Shown here: positions 36,244-46,231 of the stretch, one piece after another
How the letters are laid out: every line of letters begins with the position of its first letter
Numbering within the stretch: position 1 is the first letter of the stretch
Assembly (NCBI GenBank): GCA_003598015.1
Contig: QZKE01000065.1
Location: 8,280 to 72,279, forward strand
Direction of reading: 5' to 3'
Source: Actinomycetota bacterium
GTDB lineage: Bacteria > Actinomycetota > Geothermincolia > Geothermincolales > RBG-13-55-18
Length of the DNA: 64,000 nucleotides
Notes under the pieces: model-generated
The model's input: only the letters and a program-made list of their open reading frames with translations
Database searches by the model: none
What the model was told of the DNA's origin: nothing
Translations under genes and position numbers: made by a program

Positions 36244-36320
36244 GGGCAGCGAGAGAAGAATTCTGGTGCAGGCCGGAACGCCGTTAGCGACAAGGGCAGT
36301 CGAAAAGGCGCATTGACCGG

Positions 36321-37085
36321 TTATGTAAACTTCTGCATGAGGTCGCCGAAGGGTAGATGGTAGTTGATGAAGGTGGGGATGGGATAACGGATGCCGCGTG
36401 CGCTCGTAGCCTCCAGCCCCTCCATTATCCTCTCCGCCCATGCCGCCGGGAAAGCGAAGATGAGCTCGTCATCATGGGTGGTAGCGAATACGCGATCCCC
36501 GTTCCCGGGCAGAGCGACCCTGGGGGTCGCACTTGCGAAGGTGCGCACAACCCCCTCGTTGCATGAACCGGCTATGCCGCCGAAATCGGCGGGCACCCTC
36601 TCGCCCGTCCAGCGGGAAGTGGCGTGCACCAGGCGCATGATCTGTGCAGGATTGCCATAGACCAGCACCAGGTGAGGCTCCACGCGCGTACGTGCAAGCG
36701 GCGACATGACGAGCTTTGGGTATGTATCGGCTTCCAGCATGGCCATACCCTGGACCCTCTTAGCGGCGGCGTCATCGTCCCTGGCGTAGTTCATGGTGAG
36801 CAGGAAAGCGGCCATGAAAGATGGACCGGTGGTCGTATCCCAGCCAAGCGCGGCATTGGCCAGGGGGCAGCTAGACTCCTCGAGTTCGAAGAGCATGGTC
36901 AGGCCCCTCTCCCTGGTGAGCGTAAGCCCCTGGCAGAGGGCGATACTGCAGCCCGTCTCCTCGCTGGGCCGGCGCGCGCGCTCCGGCGGTTCTTCTCCGC
37001 GCTGCAGGAAGCGGATGGCGACCGGGAACGTCGCCGGCCTGATGAAATCCTCGAGCCTGATCCCCAATTCCCTCCATTCCTCCAT
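36321..37085 (-). CDS. DUF169 family protein
   Basis: MEEWRELGIRLEDFIRPATFPVAIRFL...CSIALCQG...SSCPLANAALGW...GNPAQIMRLVHA...GSCNEGV matches my recollection of the DUF169 (COG2043) layout. ATG 37085 follows an AAGGAGG RBS; the track start 37148 is rejected. Confidence 0.65.
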   Translation of the reverse strand: MEEWRELGIRLEDFIRPATFPVAIRFLQRGEEPPERARRPSEETGCSIALCQGLTLTRERGLTMLFELEESSCPLANAALGWDTTTGPSFMAAFLLTMNYARDDDAAAKRVQGMAMLEADTYPKLVMSPLARTRVEPHLVLVYGNPAQIMRLVHATSRWTGERVPADFGGIAGSCNEGVVRTFASATPRVALPGNGDRVFATTHDDELIFAFPAAWAERIMEGLEATSARGIRYPIPTFINYHLPFGDLMQKFT

Positions 37086-37249
37086 GCTATCCTCCTTGCT
37101 CTCGAGCCGCCGATGGCTACCGGGCGTGTTGAGCGGGAATGTCGCCACGTGTACTTGCGGTTGGCTCGCGCCCCCGCAGAAACACTGCGCTTACCGAATA
37201 TACGCTTGCGGATCCCTGGACGGGGCTAGACGGGGGAGACCGGCGACGG

Positions 37250-39595
37250 CTATCCGGCGGAAGATCCGCCCCCGCCCCCGCCCCCTCCAGCGGATCCTCC
37301 GCCGAAACCACCTCCGCTTCCCGAACCCGAGGAACCGGGAGAGGAAGTCAAGGTATGCGAGAGATTCCCGCTCATATTGTTGAGGGCGGCCGTAAGGTAT
37401 ACGGTATTGAAAGCCATGGCAGTGCTCGAGTACCACTGGGGAGGCGTGGTGTATATTTCCTGAAACTTTCGGGCCCATGCGTCGGCGACCTCGAGCACCA
37501 TGGCATAAGGCAGGTTCTCCTGGAACCTCTCGGGAGTCATGTATTCCAACTCGGGTTTCTCGGCGGTCTCCAGGTATTCCTTGAAGCCCAACACGTATTC
37601 GTAGGCTTGCGAACCCACCTTGCTGCGCCTGGGCATCGCCCAGCCGATAACGGAAACGACTATGCCCACGGGGATGAAGGAGAGGAGCAGGACGGCAAAC
37701 CAACCGAGATCGAACCATCTCGGGAGAACGAAGGCGGTGGCCAGGGGCACTGCGGCGACGAGGATCCCCGCCGCAAGGTAGTGTTTCCGCAGGGCTTGGG
37801 GATCGCTGGTGAAAAGGCCTTTGTCCATTACCTCCTTCTTCACCCCCTTGTTCAGGATGGCGTCCACGTGGACATAGAAGGAGTTTTTCAGGTCATCCTC
37901 GCTGGCGCTATTCCCCTTTGAAAACAGGCCTTCCATGATCTCCCGTTCATAGGGCAGGAGTCCGGAAAGATCCTCGGATGTGCGCTGGAAAGCGTACTTC
38001 GTGATCCTTATGAAGCTTCTCTGCTCTTGCTCGATGATGGTGAGGTAGCCGCGACGTGCCAGGTCGACGATGGTAGCTGAGATGTCCTGTATGCGCGGCT
38101 TCTCGTTCACGAGCATCCCGACGACCGCGGGTGTCAGGCCTTGGGGGGGATCATAACGTACCATGGTGGCGCCGGTCCTCCCCACGTCGCGGCCTTTCCG
38201 CCACCATTGCAGAATCATGAGGAGGAAGACAGCGGCCAAGAGGAAGGAAGAGGAGACGATGACGGAGATACCGCAGACCCAGCCGTACTGCCAGGGTTTG
38301 CCGACCACTCCTTTGGGAAAAGCGACGTCGATGCTGAAGGTGGTGTAAGCGGGGATGTTCTTCACGCTCCACCACAGAGTATCTCCATCCCGTCCGGAAT
38401 CGTATGAGGAAGGTGGGCTATGAATATCGATATATTGCGTGGTTTCAACGGCACTCATATCCGTTCCCTCCGGGAGGCGCACGGTCACGGCGGATAACTT
38501 GATGGGAACGTCGCGCTGTACCGACGCCGTGTCCCAATAGAGACGGTCGTAATCAGCGGCGAAGATCAGATCCCCCGTCATGCGGTACTCGATGATCCAG
38601 CCGCGTTGCTCGTCCTGGGCCTGGAATTCGATATGCACCCTTTTGCCGCCTTCATAGGACTCGGCGTGCCAGAGATTTCCGTCGTATGGCTGGCCGTCAA
38701 GATCGTAAACGGCGATATCATGGATGCGTACGCGTCCGTATCTCCTGCCCTCGTCGTATAAGGGGGGTTCCGCACTCAGGTCCCGGTTGAGATAACTGAA
38801 GCTTCCGTGGAAATTGGCCACCTGTGTCTCGCGTACGGTAAAGGATGAATCGGGATTGACCTGGATATCGACGTCGAAACGTTCGAAATTCCAGCTCTTC
38901 CCGTCCGGCGTGGCAAATCCTGCCCCGGACAGATCCATGAGTGCGGCCGGCCAGTAGCAGCTGACGGAATAGGAGGATGACTCCGAGAGATAGGCGGCCT
39001 CTACGATCGCCGTATCGTTGCCGACGAATCTCTTGGTGATCTGTCCGGAATAATCGACGGTGTTGACCTCAAGATCCACGAGGGATGTGTCCACCTCCGC
39101 CGGGAAGCGTAGGGTGACTGAACTCGTGTCGATGGGCGAATCTCTCTCTGCCGGCACCGCCCCCCACTCCGGGATACCAACCCGGTCCCCGCTGACCACG
39201 AACGCACCGTTGAGCAGGTACTCATAGGTAAAGGTGGCCATTGGCCCGGCGCCGCTTACCTCGCACCAGATGGTGTATCCTTCAGCGTTCTCTTCGAAGT
39301 CCCAGCTGCTTTCCGGAAGCACGGCACCGTCGCCCCCCAGGACCCTTGCCTCTTGCAGCGTACCATAAGAGGCGGGGATGAAAAGGCCGACCCACCCCGA
39401 AGAATCCTGGAATTCGTAGGTGACTTTGTTGTGTACAAGGAGCGACCCGTCGGCATTGATGTTCAGCTCGGTGAGGAACGCACCGTAGGAATAGGACGGC
39501 TGCGCCTGTGCGGAGGTCGGACAGAGCAGGGTAAGCACGAGGGCAATGAGAAGTGCCGCCGGCATGAACAGCCTCAAACCGTGAACATAGCGCAT
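37250..39595 (-). CDS. DUF2207-like large membrane protein with Gly-rich C-terminal tail
   Basis: Signal peptide MRYVHGLRLFMPAALLIALVLTLLCPTSAQA, a large extracytoplasmic N-domain, 3-4 TM helices, and the C-terminus SSPGSSGSGSGGGFGGGSAGGGGGGGGSSAG typical of DUF2207. The track start 39643 lacks an RBS. Confidence 0.75.
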   Translation of the reverse strand: MRYVHGLRLFMPAALLIALVLTLLCPTSAQAQPSYSYGAFLTELNINADGSLLVHNKVTYEFQDSSGWVGLFIPASYGTLQEARVLGGDGAVLPESSWDFEENAEGYTIWCEVSGAGPMATFTYEYLLNGAFVVSGDRVGIPEWGAVPAERDSPIDTSSVTLRFPAEVDTSLVDLEVNTVDYSGQITKRFVGNDTAIVEAAYLSESSSYSVSCYWPAALMDLSGAGFATPDGKSWNFERFDVDIQVNPDSSFTVRETQVANFHGSFSYLNRDLSAEPPLYDEGRRYGRVRIHDIAVYDLDGQPYDGNLWHAESYEGGKRVHIEFQAQDEQRGWIIEYRMTGDLIFAADYDRLYWDTASVQRDVPIKLSAVTVRLPEGTDMSAVETTQYIDIHSPPSSYDSGRDGDTLWWSVKNIPAYTTFSIDVAFPKGVVGKPWQYGWVCGISVIVSSSFLLAAVFLLMILQWWRKGRDVGRTGATMVRYDPPQGLTPAVVGMLVNEKPRIQDISATIVDLARRGYLTIIEQEQRSFIRITKYAFQRTSEDLSGLLPYEREIMEGLFSKGNSASEDDLKNSFYVHVDAILNKGVKKEVMDKGLFTSDPQALRKHYLAAGILVAAVPLATAFVLPRWFDLGWFAVLLLSFIPVGIVVSVIGWAMPRRSKVGSQAYEYVLGFKEYLETAEKPELEYMTPERFQENLPYAMVLEVADAWARKFQEIYTTPPQWYSSTAMAFNTVYLTAALNNMSGNLSHTLTSSPGSSGSGSGGGFGGGSAGGGGGGGGSSAG

Positions 39596-39686
39596 GTCGC
39601 GTACGCCACCTTTCTTGCTTGCCCCCCTAACATGTACGGTCATCCCCGCTGTAGGGGCTCATGGTCATCTTGAGGATATCATCTTT

Positions 39687-39707
39687 GCTTCTTCCCCGAG
39701 AAGTGTA
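39687..39707 (-). repeat. 21-bp palindromic motif copy (reads TACACTTCTCGGGGAAGAAGC towards the DUF2207 gene)
   Basis: 18/21 match. AT-rich GATGATATC follows on the minus strand (39683-39675). 44-92 nt upstream of the candidate starts. Confidence 0.55.
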
Positions 39708-40031
39708 GGGGCAACCTGCACGATCGCTCAAGGAGGGTTTGCACGGCATGGTAGCCCGCCCATAGCCGCAGATCGAGCGACAGAGGATGGAAAAGACGGA
39801 GAACGCTTCGCTTTTGCGCTTCCGCGCACATTCCAGAGCACCTCGGCGAAGTGGTAGAATCCCTATAAGCAACCTTGTATTAGTGTTGGCTTCAATGTTG
39901 AAAAGCTGGAGAGATGCGATGGTTGTGGAAGAAATGGCCTTGCTGCTCTATGTAGCCTGCACCTCCGTTGATACGGGCTTCTCCAGCCAGCCGAAGAAGC
40001 CATCCCTGAGCGCGAATCATAAGGAGTCAAG

Positions 40032-41102
40032 GTGGTACAGACCCTGACCCGCTGCCGTTCCTGCGGCCTCCCGGGCAAGTTGGCGGAGCGTCTGGAATGG
40101 CGAAGCGGCGGGACCATCGTCTTCGGCCGTACGATGTCCATGCGCCTTGCGCTGCTGGATGCACAGACCATGGATAACATCCAGAGGGATCTGGCGTCCG
40201 GAGTGGGAGGCGATGCGTGTATGATGGCGGAGAAGGAAGCTACACGCATCGTGACCGGCAGTCTCCTGGCGGGTATAAAGGGCAGATTGACCCGCTACGG
40301 TGCGATCAAAAAAAGAGCGCTGGAGGACATGGAGGAGTACTCCCTGCTCCTGGGGATGGGAAGGATCGAGATGGAGAGATTCACTCCCGGTGAAGGGGGA
40401 GCCTTGAAACTGCATAAGCCGTTCGACCTGATGGTAACGGCGGCAGGTGTCACCGGCGCGCTCGAGGAGATGGACCGTTGCCGGTACCGGACCTCCATTT
40501 CCAGCCTGGGAGAGCACGACTATCGTCTTGTCTTGGAGGTTTCGGAGTCGGAGGACCCCGAGGTATCCCTGTCCGAGCCTTCTTCCTGGCACGGCAGAGG
40601 TGGAGAGAAGGTGAGGGGATGCTCTCTATGCGGACTGCCCCTGGCGTTTTCGCAATTGCTGTGGGACGAACTCTACGGCACGGTGGAAGCCGGCATTCAG
40701 GGAAGAAGAGTCGCATTCCTACCTGCCTATATGCTCTCCGTCCTGGCTCGCCTGGGAAAAGGAGAGGTTGAAGGAGGGCAGGCTGGGCTTGTGGAGAGAG
40801 CGGTATACGCATCGACCGTGAACGGCCTCGAGAGAGGGAGGGACGATGCTTACGAGAGCACCGCCATCGTGCCCAGGAATGGCAATGCCCGGATCGCCTG
40901 GGGAAGCATGGCCATGAGGGGTTGGGGGGAGGTAGTCGGGGGAGCTCTACGGGGGAGAGAATGGCGGATCGATGTGCTCGATCCGGTGGACATGGGTCTT
41001 GTCGCCGGTTGGCTACGCGCCCTGTATACACTAGCTACGGGAGAAGATACCGCGACAAGGATCGAAGAAGGACGGGAGTCAACCACGTTCAGTCTGGGAT
41101 GA
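40032..41102 (+). CDS. Uncharacterised tandem CxxC / V4R-like domain protein, paralogue 2
   Basis: GTG start 5 nt after AAGGAG. Repeats start at CRSCGLPGKLAERLEWRSGGTI and CSLCGLPLAFSQLLWDELYGTV. The C-terminus is DPVDMGLVAGWLRALYTLATGEDTATRIEEGRESTTFSL. 356 aa. Confidence 0.7.
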   Translation: MVQTLTRCRSCGLPGKLAERLEWRSGGTIVFGRTMSMRLALLDAQTMDNIQRDLASGVGGDACMMAEKEATRIVTGSLLAGIKGRLTRYGAIKKRALEDMEEYSLLLGMGRIEMERFTPGEGGALKLHKPFDLMVTAAGVTGALEEMDRCRYRTSISSLGEHDYRLVLEVSESEDPEVSLSEPSSWHGRGGEKVRGCSLCGLPLAFSQLLWDELYGTVEAGIQGRRVAFLPAYMLSVLARLGKGEVEGGQAGLVERAVYASTVNGLERGRDDAYESTAIVPRNGNARIAWGSMAMRGWGEVVGGALRGREWRIDVLDPVDMGLVAGWLRALYTLATGEDTATRIEEGRESTTFSLG

Positions 41103-41103
41103 A

Positions 41104-41128
41104 GCCGTGCCTCACATATAGGCACGGC
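41104..41128 (+). terminator. Stem-loop after paralogue 2 (possible terminator or processing site)
   Basis: GCCGTGCCT-cacatat-AGGCACGGC perfect 9-bp stem directly after the stop. No U-tract. Confidence 0.3.
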
Positions 41129-41170
41129 CATATGCATGGCAGGTGTTGGAGCTGCTGAAAAAGGAGGTCG

Positions 41171-41947
41171 ATGCAGTTGTATAAGGAACAGTTCTCCCTG
41201 GAAGGAAAGGTGGCCATCGTGACCGGCGGCAGCAGGGGGATAGGCCAGGCCATAGCGGAGGGCTACGCCGAGATGGGTGCCAAGGTGGTTCTGGCCAGCC
41301 GCAAGGCCGAGGCATTGGAGGAAGTACGCAAGGGCATCGAGGCCGCCGGGGGAGAGGCTTGCGTCATCCCCACCCACATGGGGGACATGGAGGGCATAGG
41401 GCGCCTTGTCCAGGGCACCCTGGACAAGTACGGCACCATTGACATACTGGTCAACAACGCAGCGACCAACCCCATTTTCTGCGGTACAGGTGACGTGGAG
41501 GAGCCCGCCTTCGAGAAGATAATGGAGGTGAATGTCAAGGGCCTCTTCTTCCTCACCCAGCAGGTGGGGAAGGTGATGTGCGACAAGGGCTCCGGGTCCG
41601 TGGTCAACGTCTCCTCTGAGGCCGCCTTCTGCCCTACGCCCTTTCTAGGGGTGTACTCGATATCCAAGGCTGCGGTGAACATGCTCACCAAGGTCTTCGC
41701 GCAGGAGTGGGGGCCCAAGGGAGTCCGTGTGAACGGTATTGCCCCCGGACTGGTTAAAACCCATTTCAGCCAGGCGTTGTGGGGTAACGAAGCCATACTC
41801 CAGGCCGCACTGGCCTCTATCCCCCTGGGGAGGATGGCGGAGCCCGAGGAGATGGTGGGGCTGGCCATCTTCCTGGCCTGCAATGCCTCCCAGTACCTGA
41901 CTGGACAGGTCGTGCTCATCGATGGAGGAAGAGAGATCTCGGCCTGA
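41171..41947 (+). CDS. Short-chain dehydrogenase/reductase (FabG / 3-hydroxyacyl-CoA dehydrogenase-like)
   Basis: TGGSRGIG cofactor motif, NNAA, and the catalytic S...YSISKAAV pattern. RBS AAAGGAGG. Confidence 0.9.
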   Translation: MQLYKEQFSLEGKVAIVTGGSRGIGQAIAEGYAEMGAKVVLASRKAEALEEVRKGIEAAGGEACVIPTHMGDMEGIGRLVQGTLDKYGTIDILVNNAATNPIFCGTGDVEEPAFEKIMEVNVKGLFFLTQQVGKVMCDKGSGSVVNVSSEAAFCPTPFLGVYSISKAAVNMLTKVFAQEWGPKGVRVNGIAPGLVKTHFSQALWGNEAILQAALASIPLGRMAEPEEMVGLAIFLACNASQYLTGQVVLIDGGREISA

Positions 41948-41982
41948 TTCCTCGCTGGCACGGCATAGAAAAAGGTGAGCGG

Positions 41983-43929
41983 ATGTGCGCATCGTTGTGG
42001 GATAGCATCAGCGTTGGTGGGCTGGAGCTACGTAACAGGGCCGTGATGCCCGCAATGGGCACCGGCTACGCCACCCTACAGGGTCACGTCAGCGATCGCC
42101 TGCAGGCCTATCATAGAGCCCGGGCCGCGGGAGGAGTGGGGTTGATCGTCACCGAAGTATGCGCCGTGCACCCCAGCGGCAGGGCTTTCCCCTCCGAGCT
42201 CGGGATATACGATGACACTTTCCTTCACGGGCTGCGAGAACTCGCGGCCGCGATAAAGATAGAAGGCGCCGGTGCAGCCGTGCAACTGCACCACGCCGGC
42301 AGGGAGACCTTTCCGTCCGTTATCGGCGAACAGCCGCTGGCCCCTTCACCCATACCCAGCCGTGCCATGGGACAGGTGCCGAGGGAGCTTGGCGAGGATG
42401 AGATCCATGAACTCGTACACTGCTTCGCGGAGGCGGCAAGGCGGGCGCGTGAAGCAGGTTTTGACGCGGTAGAAATACACGGCGCTCATGGATACCTGGT
42501 GCACCAATTCATCTCCCCATACTCCAACCTGCGCGAGGATGGGTACGGCGGCGACTCTTCCGGACGCTTCCGCTTCGCTCGCGAGGTAGTGCGGGAGATC
42601 AAGAGCGTGGCCGGAGAGGATTTCCCCGTGCTTTTTCGCTTCTCCGCGAGCGAGGAGATGAAGGGTGGTTACGAGCTCGAATACATATTGCCCCTGCTCC
42701 CCATGCTGGAGGAAGACGGCGTCGATGCCTTTCACGTCTCATGCGGGATATACGACTCTCCGGGCAATCCTACCAGCCCCGGCATGCACCATCCCGAGGG
42801 TATCAATGTAGAGAGGGCTGCGGCGGTCAAGGCGGCTGTTGCAAAGCCGGTGATCGTGGCCGGGAAGATACACGACCCCCGCCTTGCAGAGGAGGTGCTG
42901 CGGACGGGAAAGGCGGATATGGTGGCGTTCGGGAGGCAGCACCTGTGCGATCCCGATTTTCTGGCAAAAGAGGCGCGAGGACGCCATGACGATACTCGCT
43001 TCTGTCTCTCCTGCAACCAGGGTTGCATAGAGCGCCTGACTTTCGAGATGCGCTCGACCACCTGTGTCATTAATCCGCACTGCGGCCGCGAGCTGGAGGT
43101 CGAGCAGAGCGGGCCGCCTGCACCTGGCCCTTTCCTGGTGGCCGGGGCGGGGCCGGCGGGACTGCAGGCGGCCATCACCCTCAAGGAAGCCGGCGCAGAG
43201 GTCAGGATCGTCGAGAGAGAGAAAATGGCAGGCGGTCAGCTGCGGGCGGCATCCAGCCCCCCGGGCAAGGAGCCGTTGGCGGCATGGGTGAAATGGGCCG
43301 AGAATCGCCTGCGGTCGCTGGGCCAGGAGATAGAGTTCGGCGGAGAAGCGAATGCGAGAACGCTCGCGAGCGAAGAATGGATGGGCGTGGTGAACGCCTG
43401 TGGCGCCAGGCCCCTGCTGCCCGTACTTCCAGGGGCGGAACTCCCGATAAACCTGGAGGCAAGGCAGGTCCTGCTCGGACTGGCTGGAGCCGGCGGCGAT
43501 GTTGTGGTGGTGGGAGCCGGACCCGTGGGCATGGAGACGGCGCATTATCTCGTCGACAGGGGGTGCCGGGTAACGGTGGTGGATGGACGCGATCAGCCGC
43601 CGGTCTCCCCTCTGACGTCGCATGGGTATTTTCTACATCGTACATTGAGGAAAAACGGGACGTTGCTGCTGGAGACGCAGGTCCTGGAGGTCGGTGAAGC
43701 GGGGGTGATGGTGATGGCCAGAGGCGAGCGCAGGCAACTCCGGGCGGATAAGGTGGTATGGGCGGTAGGCTCGCTCCCGGAAACCGATATAGCTGAAGCC
43801 GCGCAACAAGCCGGTTTAACGCTGGTGAGCGCGGGCGACGCGGTTGAGCCCAGGCGGCTGCTGGATGCCGTGCACGAAGGTTACAGGGCTGCAAGGCAGC
43901 TTCTGTATGGAGATGCGGACCATGCGTAG
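41983..43929 (+). CDS. Old-yellow-enzyme family NADH:flavin oxidoreductase with C-terminal FAD/NAD(P) domain (2,4-dienoyl-CoA reductase-like)
   Basis: 648 aa. OYE TIM-barrel motifs (NRAVMPAMGT, QLHHAGR, GFDAVEIHGAHGYL), a Cys cluster CLSCNQGC...C typical of the FadH-type 4Fe-4S site, then GAGPAGLQAA and VVVGAGPVGME dinucleotide folds. Confidence 0.88.
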   Translation: MCASLWDSISVGGLELRNRAVMPAMGTGYATLQGHVSDRLQAYHRARAAGGVGLIVTEVCAVHPSGRAFPSELGIYDDTFLHGLRELAAAIKIEGAGAAVQLHHAGRETFPSVIGEQPLAPSPIPSRAMGQVPRELGEDEIHELVHCFAEAARRAREAGFDAVEIHGAHGYLVHQFISPYSNLREDGYGGDSSGRFRFAREVVREIKSVAGEDFPVLFRFSASEEMKGGYELEYILPLLPMLEEDGVDAFHVSCGIYDSPGNPTSPGMHHPEGINVERAAAVKAAVAKPVIVAGKIHDPRLAEEVLRTGKADMVAFGRQHLCDPDFLAKEARGRHDDTRFCLSCNQGCIERLTFEMRSTTCVINPHCGRELEVEQSGPPAPGPFLVAGAGPAGLQAAITLKEAGAEVRIVEREKMAGGQLRAASSPPGKEPLAAWVKWAENRLRSLGQEIEFGGEANARTLASEEWMGVVNACGARPLLPVLPGAELPINLEARQVLLGLAGAGGDVVVVGAGPVGMETAHYLVDRGCRVTVVDGRDQPPVSPLTSHGYFLHRTLRKNGTLLLETQVLEVGEAGVMVMARGERRQLRADKVVWAVGSLPETDIAEAAQQAGLTLVSAGDAVEPRRLLDAVHEGYRAARQLLYGDADHA

Positions 43930-44052
43930 GTACCTGGAGGCCGGGCGCGGAAGGCGGTATGGCGCCGGTCCTGGTGGGCATGGAACCATGCTTTGCGCAA
44001 GAGGGGCGCAGAGGAGTGCAAGCGGGAGGAGGTGTGAGACTTGCGGGAGTTC

Positions 44053-44574
44053 ATGAACGGAAGGATCGGCATCACCCAGGGGGATATCACCGCATGTAAC
44101 GTGGATGCCATCGTCAACGCGGCCAACCGGAGCCTGCTGGGCGGGGGTGGTGTGGATGGGGCCATACACCGCGTAGCGGGACCTGAGTTACTGGAGGAAT
44201 GCCGCACCCTGGGTGGAGCTGAAACGGGAGAAGCCAAGATAACCCGTGGATATCAGTTGATGGCCAGGCATGTCATACATACCGTAGGTCCGGTATGGCA
44301 TGGCGGTGACCGTGATGAAGAAAGACTTCTGGCCGACTGCTACCGCAACAGCCTAGACGTTGCCGTGGAACACGGGCTCAGGAGTGTAGCTTTTCCCTCG
44401 ATCAGCACCGGAGCCTACGGGTTTCCCATAAACAGGGCTGCACCTATCGCCTTGAGAACGGTAAAGGAAGTGCTGGAAGGTGATGCAGGTATAGAAAAGG
44501 TTTTTTTCGTCTGTTTCAGCGAGAACGATCAGCGGGTCTACCTGGATAGAGCGGGCGAATTACTCGGAGATTGA
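44053..44574 (+). CDS. Macro domain protein (O-acetyl-ADP-ribose deacetylase / YmdB-like)
   Basis: [37 protein letters not shown]...[15 protein letters not shown]. The track TTG start at 44041 is an alternative. Confidence 0.9.
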   Translation: MNGRIGITQGDITACNVDAIVNAANRSLLGGGGVDGAIHRVAGPELLEECRTLGGAETGEAKITRGYQLMARHVIHTVGPVWHGGDRDEERLLADCYRNSLDVAVEHGLRSVAFPSISTGAYGFPINRAAPIALRTVKEVLEGDAGIEKVFFVCFSENDQRVYLDRAGELLGD

Positions 44575-44696
44575 GTATATCGTCTGCCGCAGGGATAATG
44601 ATGGTAACCGGCGCGGCCGTATATCTCGCGCGGATGGGAAACGATTACGGCAGCCGGTGGCGACTTATGATCTGCGCTATCGACGAGGAGCATTTT

Positions 44697-45329
44697 TTGA
44701 GGATCCTTTTCGTATGCACCGGCAATATCTGCCGCAGCGCCATGGCCGAGGCCTTTCTGAAGCAGGAGCTGTCTGCCGTCAACGGGCGCTCGGAGGTGGC
44801 CTGCAGCTCCGCGGGGCTGCAGGCCGATGAGGGCGGCGCTCCCCCACCGGAGGTGCTCTCGATCATGCAGGAATTCGGGCTGGACATCTCGGGGCACCGT
44901 GCCCACCTCTTGAGCCGCGAGGACGTGGAAGGGGCTGACCTCATCCTGGCCATGGCCATGCATAATAGCTCGCGCCTTCTCACCGAGTACCAGGAGGCTG
45001 TGGACCGCGTATTCACCCTGAAGGAATTCGTCATACAGGGAGTGGAAAAAGGGCGCGAGATAGAGGAGAGGGACCCAGCGAAGCGACTGGTGGAACTGAG
45101 GAAGTGGATAAGGCATATCGAGGGGCTGGACCATGATGCGGGCGAGGAAAATCTCAACCTCAAGCTGCGCATCTTCATGCTCCATTACTTCCATATCTAC
45201 GACCATCGTTTCGGCATCGACGATCCGCTGGGGCAGTCCATGGATTTCATGCGGCGTACGGCGCTGGAGATCAGGGATGCCGTACTCTGCCTGGCCGGAT
45301 CGGATCTGCTGGCTTTGACGGATACTTGA
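44697..45329 (+). CDS. Low-molecular-weight protein-tyrosine phosphatase with C-terminal extension
   Basis: LRILFVCTGNICRSAMAEAF (CX5RS P-loop), SAG, and a DP loop (GIDDPLGQ). TTG 44697 follows GAGGAG at 6 nt. ATG 44667, or TTG 44571 (TTGA overlap with the macro stop), are alternatives. Confidence 0.85.
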   Translation: MRILFVCTGNICRSAMAEAFLKQELSAVNGRSEVACSSAGLQADEGGAPPPEVLSIMQEFGLDISGHRAHLLSREDVEGADLILAMAMHNSSRLLTEYQEAVDRVFTLKEFVIQGVEKGREIEERDPAKRLVELRKWIRHIEGLDHDAGEENLNLKLRIFMLHYFHIYDHRFGIDDPLGQSMDFMRRTALEIRDAVLCLAGSDLLALTDT

Positions 45330-45396
45330 GAGGTTATGAGGCCTCCCTTCCGGTTGATCGCAGGAGGCGGGGGTCCAAGGGAGAAGGAGGTAGGCT

Positions 45397-46188
45397 TTGG
45401 AGGATGTACTCTTCGCACGTGAGGGCCAGGTCGAGGTGATCACCCTTAACCGGCCGGAGATGATGAACTGTTTCAACAACAATATTCTACTGGCCCTTAC
45501 CCGCAGGTTCGGGGAGCTGCATCAGGACGATGAATGCCGGGCGGTAGTGATCACCGGTGCGGGTAGAGGTTTCTGCACGGGGGCCGACCTCACGGGGGGC
45601 GGGGCGCGTGCCGATGCCGCCACGCCCGTGGGAATGCGCCTTACCACGCATATCTATTCCTCGGTCATCCGCGGACTGGTCACCATGGAGAAACCGGTCA
45701 TCGGCGCCATTAACGGCGACGCGGCGGGAGCGGGATGCAACTTTGCCCTCGCATGCGACCTGCTCATCGCCTCGGAGAAAGCCCGCTTTATCCAAGTATT
45801 CGTGCGGCGGGGACTCGTCGTGGATATGGGCGGCACCTTCTTCCTGCCGCGTCTTGTCGGGCTCTCCAAGGCCAAGGAGCTGGCGTTCTCGGGTGAAGCC
45901 ATAGACGCCGAAAGAGCACTGGATCTGGGCCTGGTGAGCAAGGTCGTGCCCCACGAGAGCCTCATGGACGAAGCCATGGAGCTGGCGAACAGGCTGGCTC
46001 AGGGGCCCACACGGGCCCTCGGGATGATCAAGCGCATGCTCAATCGCTCCTTCGAGTCGGACTTGGAGACGGCCCTGGAGATGGAGGCATCCCTGCAGGG
46101 TATAGCGGTGAGCACCCCCGATGTGGTTGAGGGGATTACTTCATTCCTCCAGAAAAGGCCGGCTAGTTTCACGGGAAAGAGCTGTTGA
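45397..46188 (+). CDS. Enoyl-CoA hydratase/isomerase (crotonase family)
   Basis: ITLNRPEMMNCF...VITGAGRGFCTGADL...AINGDAAGAGCNFALACD...GLVSKVVP. TTG start after a GAGAAGGAGG RBS. Confidence 0.9.
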   Translation: MEDVLFAREGQVEVITLNRPEMMNCFNNNILLALTRRFGELHQDDECRAVVITGAGRGFCTGADLTGGGARADAATPVGMRLTTHIYSSVIRGLVTMEKPVIGAINGDAAGAGCNFALACDLLIASEKARFIQVFVRRGLVVDMGGTFFLPRLVGLSKAKELAFSGEAIDAERALDLGLVSKVVPHESLMDEAMELANRLAQGPTRALGMIKRMLNRSFESDLETALEMEASLQGIAVSTPDVVEGITSFLQKRPASFTGKSC

Positions 46189-46231
46189 GACCTACGAATA
46201 TCCTGACCGGTTCATACAGGGGGTGATCCAG

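Noticed and set aside
44053-45329. Macro-domain protein as a DarG-like antitoxin, with the neighbouring gene as toxin
   Set aside because: The macro protein is a stand-alone domain of about 174 aa of the YmdB/O-acetyl-ADP-ribose deacetylase type, not the longer DarG. The neighbour is a clear LMW protein-tyrosine phosphatase (CX5RS), not a DarT-like DNA ADP-ribosyltransferase.
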